DNA of 64,000 nt from an uncultured Candidatus Binatia bacterium (GTDB lineage: Bacteria > Desulfobacterota > Binatia > UBA9968 > JAJDTQ01), in the NCBI GenBank assembly GCA_965242525.1, contig OZ251459.1:3520001-3584000 (forward strand). Direction: 5' to 3'. How positions within the stretch are numbered: the first letter of the stretch is position 1; the number at the start of each line of letters is the position of its first letter. The notes beneath the pieces are model-generated. The model saw only the letters and a list, made by a program, of their open reading frames with translations. It did not search any database and was not told the origin of the DNA. Positions 1 through 9,289 of this stretch are shown piece after piece. Made by a program: the position numbers and the translations under genes.

Positions 1-161
1 ACCAGGGCGAGGACGGGGAAACGGACGTGGACGTGGGCGGCCGCACCGTCCGGATTCGCTTCGACCCGCTGAAGAAGCGCATCCTGATGTTCGAACTCAA
101 GAAGCAGCCCCGGAACCGCACTTCCCGCCTCGCCAGCCCCAAGACCAAGACCATCCACTGA
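1..161 (+). CDS. 3' end of a hypothetical protein (partial, runs off window)
   Basis: Open frame with host-like codons (...QGEDGETDVDVGGRTVRIRFDPLKKRILMFELKKQ...KTIH), TGA at 159-161. Confidence 0.6.
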   Translation, partial: QGEDGETDVDVGGRTVRIRFDPLKKRILMFELKKQPRNRTSRLASPKTKTIH

Positions 162-171
162 AACCGGCCCC

Positions 172-244
172 GGCAGGGAACCGGGCTCCGGGCCGCGGCG
201 AGGAGAGGACTCCAGCCGAGGGCCGCAAGCCCGGTTCCCCTGCC
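172..244. repeat. Long imperfect hairpin downstream of a stop codon
   Basis: GGCAGGGAACCGGGCT ... AGCCCGGTTCCCCTGCC arms with nested CGGC/GCCG and GGAG/CTCC pairs. Confidence 0.6.
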
Positions 245-299
245 TCTGTATCCCTTCCAGCCTCCGCAGCCATCGCCGGCCCTGACCTTGGGCGCCGCT

Positions 300-398
300 T
301 TCTCGCAGGCCATTATCCGGGCGCGCATCGTGCAGATGCGCTACTACACCGCCTCGCGTAACCGCACCGGTCGCCGGGAAGTGGACCCCTACAGGTCC
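300..398 (+). pseudogene. WYL-domain fragment
   Basis: Translates as FSQAIIRARIVQMRYYTASRNRTGRREVDPYR, typical of a WYL domain start; no upstream HTH and no continuation. Confidence 0.6.
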
Positions 399-422
399 TG
401 TATCACGATGGTTCTCTGTCAA

Positions 423-545
423 GGAGACTCTAAACAATCGGGCAAGGGGCATGAGCGCGTCCTTCGACTCCGCTTCGCTACGCTCAGGACGAACGGGGTC
501 AGGAGGAGGAAATTCATCCTCCTGTCTCGATTGTTCAGACGTTCC
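423..545 (+). mobile_element. MITE with IS5-like terminal inverted repeats and REP-like core
   Basis: GGAGACTCTAAACAATCG ... CGATTGTTCAGACGTTCC ends; core CCTTCGACTCCGCTTCGCTACGCTCAGGACGAACGG; homologous copies elsewhere in window. Confidence 0.75.
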
Positions 546-751
546 TTCAAGAGGCTTCTTCATCCGAAGTCAATGGCCAACAGCATGGAAACCAAGGTCG
601 TCGCCCAGGCCGACGACGACGCGAGGCGACGTCATCAACCACATCAGGGGAGGATTCGAGCGGCTCCGGGACACTATGACAAGGGTACAGACCGCGGGGC
701 GCCCTCCCCGAGGGGATCGGACCGCGTAGAGGAGAGATCCAGCGAAGAGCC

Positions 752-799
752 CCGTTCGTCCTGAGCGTAGCGAAGCAAAGTCGAAGGATGCGCTTTCCC
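752..799 (-). repeat. REP-like core of the MITE family (reverse orientation)
   Basis: CCGTTCGTCCTGAGCGTAGCGAAGCAAAGTCGAAGGATGCGCTTTCCC. Confidence 0.8.
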
Positions 800-896
800 G
801 TAATCGCCTTTGCCGCACCGGCACGGACTGCTACAAGAGACCGCGGAACAGGCCGTGCGGAGAGGCTGCGGCCAGGGACCGGAAAGGAGACGCGAC

Positions 897-1271
897 ATGG
901 GGGACGACGCGCGCAAGGCGTTCGAGGAGGTTTCGCTGGGGGCCGCGAACAGGGCCTACGACATCATCGCCGACCTGGACCCCGAATACGCCAGGCATCT
1001 CGCGGGGTTGTTCGTGGACGGGACCTTCGGACGCGAAGGCGCCCTCGACCGGAAGACCAAGGAGTTGATCATGGTCGGCATCACCTGCGCGCTGAACCGC
1101 GCGCGGGGCGTCCGGCTCCACAGCGAGCGCGCCCTCGAGCTGGGGGCCACGCCCCGGCAAGTCCTGGAAGCGGTGGAAGTGGCGGCCATACCCGGCGGCA
1201 TGCCGGGGCTGTGGCTCGGGGCCGAGACCCTGGAGGAGATCCTGCGCGAGAAGGGCATCGAGTTCGAATGA
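897..1271 (+). CDS. Carboxymuconolactone decarboxylase (CMD/AhpD-like) family protein
   Basis: AAAGGAGA RBS; LDRKTKELIMVGI...HSERALELGATPRQVLEAV motif. Confidence 0.85.
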   Translation: MGDDARKAFEEVSLGAANRAYDIIADLDPEYARHLAGLFVDGTFGREGALDRKTKELIMVGITCALNRARGVRLHSERALELGATPRQVLEAVEVAAIPGGMPGLWLGAETLEEILREKGIEFE

Positions 1272-2470
1272 TCCCGGCCAACGGCCCGCTGCACGGGGTC
1301 CGGGTGCTGGACCTGTCGAGGGTCCTGGCCGGACCCTACTGCACCATGTTCCTGGGGGACCTGGGCGCCGACGTGGTGAAGGTCGAGCACCCGGGCGCCG
1401 GGGACGACACCCGAAGCTGGGGGCCGCCGTTCCAGGGGGGCGAGAGCGCCTACTTCCTGTGCGTCAACCGCAACAAGCGGAGCGTCACCCTGGACCTCAA
1501 GACCCCGGACGGCATGGAGTTGCTGCGCCGGCTGGCCCTGGAAGCGGACGTGCTGATGGAGAACTTCCGGCCCGGCACGCTGGCGGGCTGGGGACTGTCC
1601 GAAGCGGAGGTCCGGCGGCGGAACCCGCGGCTCATCTACGCGGCGCTCTCGGCCTTCGGCGCCAGCGGACCCATGAAGGACCGTCCCGGCTACGACTTGG
1701 CGGTCCAGGCCTGGGGCGGCTTGATGAGCGTCACCGGCCCGGCCGACGGCGAGCCCTCCAAGGTGGGCGTGGCCATCATCGACGTGGTGGCCGGCCTCAT
1801 GCTGGGCAAGTCCATTGCCGCGGCCCTCTACGCCAGGGAACGGACCGGCCGGGGACAACGCATCGAGACCTCCCTCATGGAGGCGGAGGTGGCGAGCCTC
1901 GTCAACGCCGGGAGCAACTACCTGGTCACCGGCGAGGCGCCCGGCCGCTGGGGCAACGCCCATCCCAACATCGTGCCCTACCAGAGCTTCGCCACCGCGG
2001 ACGGCCATCTCGTGGTGGCGGTGGCCAACGAGGCCATCTGGACGCGGTTCTGTCGGGGGGTGGGCAAGCCCGAACTGGCCGCGGACCCCCGGTTCGACAC
2101 CAACGCGCACAGGGTGGAGAACCGGGACGCGCTCCTCGCCGTCCTCGACGGCATGTTCCGAACGCGCCTCCAGCGGGAGTGGGTGGAGTTGCTGAACCGC
2201 ATCGGAGTCCCCTGCTCCCCGGTGCAGGACATCCGCCAGGTGTTCGATTCCCCCCAGGTGCGGGAAAGGGAGATGCTCCGGGAGATCGACCATCCCACCG
2301 CGGGCAAGGTGCGCATGGCGGGGCTGCCGGTGAAGTTCTCCGAGACTCCGGCCGCCATCCGGCTCCCGCCGCCGCTGCTGGGGGAGCACAACGACCGCGT
2401 GCTGAAGGACTGGCTCGGTCTGGACGACGCCGACGTGGCGGAGTTGCGCAGCAGGGGAGCGCTGGGCTAG
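1268..2470 (+). CDS. CaiB/BaiF family III CoA transferase
   Basis: GVRVLDLSRVLAGPYC, NRNKRS, GYDLAVQA, PPLLGEHN motifs; ATGA overlap with CMD gene. Confidence 0.95.
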   Translation: MIPANGPLHGVRVLDLSRVLAGPYCTMFLGDLGADVVKVEHPGAGDDTRSWGPPFQGGESAYFLCVNRNKRSVTLDLKTPDGMELLRRLALEADVLMENFRPGTLAGWGLSEAEVRRRNPRLIYAALSAFGASGPMKDRPGYDLAVQAWGGLMSVTGPADGEPSKVGVAIIDVVAGLMLGKSIAAALYARERTGRGQRIETSLMEAEVASLVNAGSNYLVTGEAPGRWGNAHPNIVPYQSFATADGHLVVAVANEAIWTRFCRGVGKPELAADPRFDTNAHRVENRDALLAVLDGMFRTRLQREWVELLNRIGVPCSPVQDIRQVFDSPQVREREMLREIDHPTAGKVRMAGLPVKFSETPAAIRLPPPLLGEHNDRVLKDWLGLDDADVAELRSRGALG

Positions 2471-2493
2471 CAGCGAGAGCCCGTCCGATCAAG

Positions 2494-3006
2494 GGAACGC
2501 CTGGTAATTCCGATTCGAACTCCCCCTCCCTGTGGAAAAGCGCGTCCTTCGACTTCGCTTCGCTACGCTCAGGACGAACGGGGAGAGACCCGGGGGGGCG
2601 GACTGATCTACGTCCTGCGGCGCGCTACGCTCAGGACGAACGAGGAGAGACCTCTGCATAAAGCGGAGCAGACCGGCATGGATGGCGAATTCAATGCATC
2701 GAAGCCCCACGCCCTCCACCAAATCTTCCATCAACCCCATTTCTATCCAAAACTCCCGAAATCCCACTTCAGGAACCTCTGAACTCGAGGTGTCCAGGAT
2801 GGATCCCCTCACCTTCCGATTTCTCGCTATCCACGAACTGGATAAAAACCTGAACAATCGAGGTATCCAAAGTGGATTCCCTCACCCTGACCCTATCTCC
2901 GTTCGTCCTGAGCGTAGCGAAGTCGAAGGACGCGCTCATGGCCCTGCCCTGATTGATCAGAGGTTCCTTTAAGCAGAGGTCTCGGTGATAATGGTCCAGG
3001 GTTTCC
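2494..3006. mobile_element. Nested MITE cluster (three levels)
   Basis: Outer GGAACGCCTG...CCAGGGTTTCC; middle GAGACCTCTGC (2647-2657)/GCAGAGGTCTC (2973-2983); inner reverse copy ~2843-2967 ending GATCAGAGGTTCC; three REP cores. Confidence 0.7.
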
Positions 3007-3040
3007 CGGTCGGGAATCCAGCGCGGCGAGGAGGGACGCA

Positions 3041-3499
3041 ATGCGGCATGGCATGACCTGCGAGGAGTTTCGCCCGGGCGACGTCCACCGGACCGCCCGG
3101 CGCACCGTCACGGAGACCGACGTGGTCCAGTTCGTCAACCTGGCCGGCCTCACGGAGCCCCTGTTCATGGACGCCGAGTACATGCGGGACGAGACCGAGT
3201 ACGGCGAGCGCATCGCTCCCGGAAGCCTGACCTTCGCCCTGGCAGAGGGACTGACCACCCAGACCGGGATGCTGCACGGCACGGGCCTGGCTTTCGTCGG
3301 ACTCGCGGGCATGCGCCTGTACCGGCCGGTGAAGGTCGGGGACACCGTAAGCGTCGAGATCGAGGTACGGGACGTCCGGCCCACGCGCTCCCGCAACGCG
3401 GGCATCGTCCGCTGCCGGCAGGTGGTGAAGAACCAGCGAGGGGAGACGGTGATGGACTACACGGTGGACCGCCTGATCCGAGGCAAGCCCCCCTCGTGA
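3041..3499 (+). CDS. MaoC-like (hotdog-fold) dehydratase
   Basis: RTVTETDVVQFVNLAG, ERIAPGSL, PVKVGDT motifs. Confidence 0.9.
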   Translation: MRHGMTCEEFRPGDVHRTARRTVTETDVVQFVNLAGLTEPLFMDAEYMRDETEYGERIAPGSLTFALAEGLTTQTGMLHGTGLAFVGLAGMRLYRPVKVGDTVSVEIEVRDVRPTRSRNAGIVRCRQVVKNQRGETVMDYTVDRLIRGKPPS

Positions 3500-3591
3500 C
3501 GGAAGGCGCCCGGAGCGCGTCGTGACGGGACTCGGGTGGCGCGCGGCGGCAACCTCGTGACCGAAGGCGCCCGGGGTCCGGAGGCCCGGCG

Positions 3592-4644
3592 TCATTTGGG
3601 GGTCCGGCGGTCGCCGGCCGGAGCCTCGGGGAAGAGCACTTTCCGGAGCTTCACCGCGAACGCCGGACTCATCTCGAACAAGCCCTTGACGCGCCTGGCG
3701 ATCTCGGCGCCAGGCACCGGCCGGACGTCCAGCCCCTGCTTGCGGGCCTCGGCGAGGAACGCCGGGTCCGCCGCGGTGTCGGCAAACGCCTTGCGGAGGA
3801 CCGCCGCGGTCTCGTCCGGCGTCCCGGGCGGAAGCGAATAGGCGCGCGCGATGGTGGCGGGATCGTGCACGCCGTGGACCATGAGGAGGCGGGCGTCCTC
3901 GGACTCGGCCAAGTCCGGGGCGTTGGGGACCGACGGCAGGTCCGGATGAGGCTCGGTCATGGCCTGGAGCACCACTCTGGCGTCTCCCGCGGCCAGCATC
4001 TTCCGCCACGCCTCCTCCATGGCCCGCCAGTATCCGCAACCGCCCTCCACTTCCCGACTCTGCGCGGCCAGACGCACCTTCACCGGCCCCCCGTACCCGT
4101 CGATGAGCTTGACGGGCAGACCCAGGGCCGCGGCGAAGACCCGCGCCATGTTGGCGGCCACGTCGTTCCGGCCGACGCCTCCCAGCTTGACGGGCCGCTC
4201 GGCGCCGGCCCAAGCCGCCAAGTCCGCGGCGCCGCTCGCCCGGGTCAGGACGCAGACGGGGTGCAGGGGGGCCAACGCCCCCACCCAGGCGAACCGCCGG
4301 GTGTCGAACTGGACTTCCCGGCTGCCGAATACCTGGTCGAGGACGAGGGCGCCGGGCCAGTGGCCGACGGTCCGTCCGTCGGGCCTGGCGTTGCGGTAGA
4401 TGTGCTCGGCCGCCACCGAGCCGCCGCCGCCGGCCATGTTCTCCACCGCCACGCGGGGCCGGTCCGGCAGATGGCGGCCCATGTGCGCCGCAAGCGTGCG
4501 TGTGTATCTGTCGAAGACGCTCTGGGCGCCGGCCCCCACCACGAACGTCAGGGGGGGCGGCTGGGCGGAAGCGTGGGCGCCGAAGACCGGCGGGAAGGCC
4601 AGCAGCAAGGCTGCGACGAGAATACCGGGGGAGAGGATCGCCAC
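3592..4644 (-). CDS. Tripartite tricarboxylate transporter substrate-binding protein (TctC/Bug family)
   Basis: Signal peptide; VENMAGGGG, PDGRT, GYGG motifs; paralog of 8083-9114. Confidence 0.85.
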   Translation of the reverse strand: MAILSPGILVAALLLAFPPVFGAHASAQPPPLTFVVGAGAQSVFDRYTRTLAAHMGRHLPDRPRVAVENMAGGGGSVAAEHIYRNARPDGRTVGHWPGALVLDQVFGSREVQFDTRRFAWVGALAPLHPVCVLTRASGAADLAAWAGAERPVKLGGVGRNDVAANMARVFAAALGLPVKLIDGYGGPVKVRLAAQSREVEGGCGYWRAMEEAWRKMLAAGDARVVLQAMTEPHPDLPSVPNAPDLAESEDARLLMVHGVHDPATIARAYSLPPGTPDETAAVLRKAFADTAADPAFLAEARKQGLDVRPVPGAEIARRVKGLFEMSPAFAVKLRKVLFPEAPAGDRRTPK

Positions 4645-4696
4645 CGCCGTCCACCTCTCGGCGGGATCCCGTGGGCCGGGGCCCGCGGGCGTCCGC

Positions 4697-5839
4697 TCAG
4701 GCGCCGTTCAATTGCGGCATGACCTCCTTGTGGAACCGGTCCAGGGAATCGATCACCTTGTCGTGGGCCAGGTTGCCGATGTGGAACATGCCCATGAAGT
4801 GCTCGGCGCCGATCTGGCTCATCTGCCGGTTGACCTGCCGCGCCACGGTGTCGGGGCTGCCGGCGATGACGAACCCCGTCTCCAGGAGCTGCTCCCAGCT
4901 CATGGGATGGAAGTTGACGCGCTCCTGGTTGCCTTCGCGGAAGTAGTTGAAGGACTTGGCGCTGACCATGGCCTCCTTCACCTTCCGCTGGTCCATGGCG
5001 ACGTCCGTCTTGGCCTCGTTGAAGCCCCGGTTCCACAGCGTGAAGAAGTACCGGAGCGGCGGCTCCGCAACCGCGCGTGCCTGTTCGTCGGTCTCGCCCA
5101 CGTAGATGTGGCGGCAGAGGACGAACTTGTCGGGGCCGCTCTCCCACCCCTGTTCCCCGGCCATGCGGCGGTAGTAGCCGAAGGTGTCCTCGATCTGGTC
5201 CGTGGTCTGATAGACCTGGGCGATGGGGATCTTGCGCTGGACGCACCATTCGATGGACTCGGCGCTGCGCGCCGCCACCCAGACGGGCGGGTGCGGCTGC
5301 TGCATGGGCCTGGGCCAGATGGCGCAGTTCTCGAACTGGAAGAACTCGCCCCGGTAGCTCCATACCGGCTCGGTCCAGGCCGTCATGATGACGTCGAACG
5401 CCTCGCCGAACCGCCCCCGGGACTCCTGGGGCTTGACGTTGTACCACAGGTATTCCGACGGGATGCCGCGGACGAACCCCGCGATCAACCGTCCCTGGGA
5501 CAGGCAGTCGAGCATGGCGTATTCCTCGGCCACGCGCACCGGGTGCTGCCGCAGCGGCAGGATGTTGCCGAGGACGCCGATCTTGATGCGTCGGGTCTTC
5601 TGGCTCAGGGCCGCGGCGATGAGGTTGGGCGAAGGCATGGTGCCGTAGGCGCTGTAGTGGTGCTCGTTGAAGACCACGCCCTCAAACCCCAACTCCTCGC
5701 AATAGGCCATTTCCTCCAGGTGCTCCCGGTAGTTGCGCGAGCCCACCGGCGGATCGAAGTAGGTGCTCGGAACCGGCGTGCCCGGGACGTCCTCGGGAAC
5801 TTCCGGGTACGCCAGCAGGTCGAAGTTATAGACTTTCAT
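4697..5839 (-). CDS. LLM class flavin-dependent oxidoreductase (luciferase-like monooxygenase)
   Basis: EHHYSAYGTMPSP, HPVRVAEEYAMLDCLSQGR, PRPMQQPHPP motifs. Confidence 0.93.
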   Translation of the reverse strand: MKVYNFDLLAYPEVPEDVPGTPVPSTYFDPPVGSRNYREHLEEMAYCEELGFEGVVFNEHHYSAYGTMPSPNLIAAALSQKTRRIKIGVLGNILPLRQHPVRVAEEYAMLDCLSQGRLIAGFVRGIPSEYLWYNVKPQESRGRFGEAFDVIMTAWTEPVWSYRGEFFQFENCAIWPRPMQQPHPPVWVAARSAESIEWCVQRKIPIAQVYQTTDQIEDTFGYYRRMAGEQGWESGPDKFVLCRHIYVGETDEQARAVAEPPLRYFFTLWNRGFNEAKTDVAMDQRKVKEAMVSAKSFNYFREGNQERVNFHPMSWEQLLETGFVIAGSPDTVARQVNRQMSQIGAEHFMGMFHIGNLAHDKVIDSLDRFHKEVMPQLNGA

Positions 5840-6014
5840 GAGGGTGCTTCTCCTTTGCGGGCCGCCTTCCCGCGGGCGCGGGCCGGCCGCGTCTCCGTCC
5901 TGGGAGTCCTGACACGGGAGACTAGTCCCATCCCCCGGCCACTGTCAATCGACGGCGCCCCCGGGGACCCGCCGAAGCGGGCGGAAGGTCCCGGACCGCC
6001 GGGCCGGCCGCGGG

Positions 6015-8014
6015 TCATCCCGTCAGCATCCCCGTGAGCACGCCCGGCGGGAACGGAAGGCTCAACGAATGGACGAAGACCGCGTAGAAGCCCGCCCAAC
6101 CGAACAACGCCAGCAGGACGCTGGTGAGCCATCTCTCCCCGGCGCCCGCCTTGAGGAAGAGGAAGGTGCAGAGCGGGACCGTGACGGAGAAGCCGAGCAG
6201 CCAGATGGAGGCGAAGAAGCCGAGGATCCAGCCCACGATGGCCGCGGTCCGCCTGACGGTCCGGGTTTCGACGGGCCCGGGCGCTCCCCCGCGCCGGAAG
6301 AACCCCGCCACGTCGAGCCCCGACTGGGCAAGCGCCAGGACCAGCCCCGGGAACCCGATGGCCCAGGGGAAGAGGCTCGCCCGGAAGCCCCAGTCCCGGG
6401 ACTGCCACACGCCCCAGGCGAACCCCGCCACGATGAGCAGGGAGAAGGCCATGTGCCAGACGGTGAGGGGCGCCGCGGCCTCCGCGGTCGGCTTCGCGGC
6501 CTCCGGGTCTCCCGCGGGCCCTCGCCCGGCGTCCCGCCGACGCTGGTAGAGGGGGTAGAGTATGCCCGCCAGGATATGGCGCCGATGACCAGCACCCCCG
6601 GAAAGCCCAGCCACGCCCAGCCGTAGTTGTCGGTGGCCAGGAACAGGTTCTTCTCCGCCAGGGAACCGAGCACGAGACCCAGCAGGAGCGGCGGGCGCGG
6701 CCAGTCGAGCTGCACCATGACCCACCCCAGTAGCCCGAAGGCCAGCACCACGATGAGGTCCTCGAACGCGTTGTTCTGGGCGAAGCCCCCCAGGTAGATG
6801 AGCACCAGCAGGAAGGGGATGACCAGGCTGCCGCGGACCTCGGTGATGCGCGCCAGTTGCTTGAGGAAGACGAAGCAGACGGAGACCGTGATGACGTTGG
6901 AGACCACGACGATCCACACGAACGAGAACGTCAGGTCCAGGTGGCCGCCCTGGCTTGCGGGCAGGAGCATCGGGGGTCCGGGGACCAGGCCCTGGATGAT
7001 GAAGGCCCCGAGGAGGATGGCCATGGTGACGCTGCCGGGCACGCCGAACGCGATGGTGGGCACCAGCGCGCCCCCCAGGTTGGAGTTGTTGGCTGCGCCC
7101 GGCCCCAGCACCCCTTCCACCGCCCCCTTGCCGAAGCGGTCCTTGTCGGGCGAGGTCTGGACCGCGTGGGCGTACGCCACCCACTGGGAGACGGCGCCGC
7201 CCATGCCCGGGATGATCCCGATGTAGGTGCCGATGGCGCTGCAACGCAGCACCAGGGCCCAGTGGCGGAAGGTGTCCTTGACCCCCTCCATGACGCCGCC
7301 CAGCTTCTCCACCTTCTCTTCGGCGATGCTGGACCCCTTGACCGACAACTCGATGACCTCGGGGATGGCGAACAGCCCCAGGGTGACGGGCACCAGCTTG
7401 ATGCCGTCCCAGAGGTAGAGGTTGTCGAAGGTGAACCGTTCGATGCCCGATATGGGGTCGAGTCCCACGGTGGCGAGCATGAGGCCCAGGGCCGCGGCGG
7501 TGAGGCCCCGGACCACGGCTCCGCCGCTGAGGGAGGCCAGGAACGTGACCCCCAGCAGCGCGAGCATGAAGAACTCCGGCGACCCGATGGCGAGCACCAG
7601 GGGACGGACCACGGGAATGGCCAGGGCCAGCGCGAAGGCGCCGAAGACGGCGCCCACCAGCGAGCTCATGAGAGAGGCCCCCAGGGCGCGCCCGGCCTCG
7701 CCCTTCTTGGCCATGGGGTGTCCGTCCACGATGGTGGACGCGGTAATGGCTTCGCCCGGGATGCCGAAGAGTATGGAGGTGATGTCCCCGGTGGTGGCGG
7801 TGACCGCGGACATGCCCAGCAGGAAGGCGAAGGCCTCCACCGCCTCCATCTTGAAGATGAACGGCAGCATCAGCGCCAGCGTGACCGGTCCGCCGAGGCC
7901 GGGCAGGATGCCCACGGCGAAGCCGATCACGATGCCCAGGAGCATCAGCGTGAAGGTCGTCGCAGTGAAGACTTGTGCCAGGCCTCCCGCAAAGGCCTGA
8001 AGCATTTCACCCAT
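6015..8014 (-). CDS. tctA: TctA-TctB fused permease with a 1-nt frameshift near 6575 (pseudogene or assembly error)
   Basis: TctA motifs (GILPGLG, GIPGE, AANNS) in frame of 6062-8014; TctB-like hydrophobic tail continues in frame ending 6015; junction GCC ATA TCC TGG vs expected GCC ATC ATC CTG. Confidence 0.8.
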
Positions 8015-8082
8015 GATGATGGATTTCTCCCGGGCGCACGCTCATGTGCGCCCGGGAGACGGTTGCCTCGTCCGAGGCGTGG

Positions 8083-9114
8083 TTACTTCTTGGGCAGGAG
8101 GATGTCCTTCAACAGGGCCACCGTGGCGGCGTCCATGTCGTAGAGACCCTTCATCTTCCCGGCGACCCAGTTGCCGTCTTGCGGGTTCAACTCCAGTTTC
8201 GACTTCTTGGCGTCGGCGATCAGCGCAGGGTCGCTGAAGGTGGCCATGAACGCCTTCTGGAGGGTCTTCACCCGGTCCGCGGGCACTCCCGGCGGCAGGC
8301 TGTAGGGCCGCGAGATGGCGCGGTAGACGTCGTTGGCCACTCCCAGCAGCGTCTTGCCCCTCTCCCCCTTGGCCAGCTTGCCCGCCAACGCCACGTCGGG
8401 CAGGTCCGGGTGGGGCTCCGGGGTCACCTGGAGTACGGGCTTGACGTTGCCGCTCTCGATGCCCTGCCTCCAGGTCGGCTTGATGGACTGCCATGCCCAG
8501 CAGCCGCCGTCGATCTCGCCCCGTTCGGCCGCCACCCGGATCAGCGCGGTGCCGCCGTATCCCTCGATGATCTGCATGGGCAGGTCGGTGGCGGCCTTGA
8601 CCAGCTTGGGCACGTCGTCCGTGGTGGAGCCCGGGCCGGTGGCGCCGATCTTGATGGGGCGCTTGGACTTGAGCCAGTCCTCGATGCTGTTGATGCCGCT
8701 GGCCTTGGTCAGCGCGCAGGTGTTGTCGTCGGTGACCGGGGCCCCGAGCCAGTTGAACTTGCGTCCGTCGAACTTGGCGCCCTTGCTGCCCAGCACCTGC
8801 TGGAGCACCAGCGGTCCGATCCAGTTGCCGACGGTAAGGCCGTCGGGCTTGGCCTTGTTGTAGATGTAGTTGGCGGCGATCAGGCTGCCGGCCCCGGTCA
8901 TGTTCTGGACCAGGGTCTTGGGATTGCCGGGCACGTGCTTGCCCATGTGGCGGGCGATGAGCCGGGTGTAGGTGTCGAAGCCGCCGCCCGGGGAGAACCC
9001 GACCACGAACCGGATGGTCTTGCCCTCGAAGAAGTCCGCTCCCACGGAGAGGGAGGGGAGCAGCGCCAGGACGAGCCCGGACAACATGACGGCGCGGAGA
9101 AAACGACTGACCAT
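8083..9114 (-). CDS. tctC: Tripartite tricarboxylate transporter substrate-binding protein
   Basis: AGGAGG RBS; signal peptide; GKTIRFVVGFSPGGGFD, NMTGAGS, KPDGLT. Confidence 0.9.
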   Translation of the reverse strand: MVSRFLRAVMLSGLVLALLPSLSVGADFFEGKTIRFVVGFSPGGGFDTYTRLIARHMGKHVPGNPKTLVQNMTGAGSLIAANYIYNKAKPDGLTVGNWIGPLVLQQVLGSKGAKFDGRKFNWLGAPVTDDNTCALTKASGINSIEDWLKSKRPIKIGATGPGSTTDDVPKLVKAATDLPMQIIEGYGGTALIRVAAERGEIDGGCWAWQSIKPTWRQGIESGNVKPVLQVTPEPHPDLPDVALAGKLAKGERGKTLLGVANDVYRAISRPYSLPPGVPADRVKTLQKAFMATFSDPALIADAKKSKLELNPQDGNWVAGKMKGLYDMDAATVALLKDILLPKK

Positions 9115-9218
9115 AAGGAGCCTCCTGTGTCGATGGTGGGACACGACGATGGTTATCGAGTTTCCCTTTCTGTCACAAATCCGGGGCAAAGGAAAGGACC
9201 GAAAATGTTTCGCAGGGG

Positions 9219-9263
9219 TTGCGCTTGGCGAAAAAGGTCTTAAACTTAGCGAACGATCGTTTG
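9219..9263 (+). promoter_or_regulatory. Putative sigma70 promoter with overlapping palindromic TetR-type operator
   Basis: TTGCGC-16nt-TAAACT (9219-9246), then CGAACGATCGTTTG (9250-9263; perfect core AACGATCGTT). Confidence 0.5.
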
Positions 9264-9289
9264 AAAAATCCATGCAAGGAGACGCGGGA

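Noticed and set aside
172-244. SRP RNA or tRNA
   Set aside because: Lacks SRP domain IV motif and cloverleaf features
451-729. ORFs starting MSASFDSASLRSGRT and relatives (288, 570, 2489, 40244, 41101, 57633)
   Set aside because: Translations of the MITE/REP repeats rather than genes
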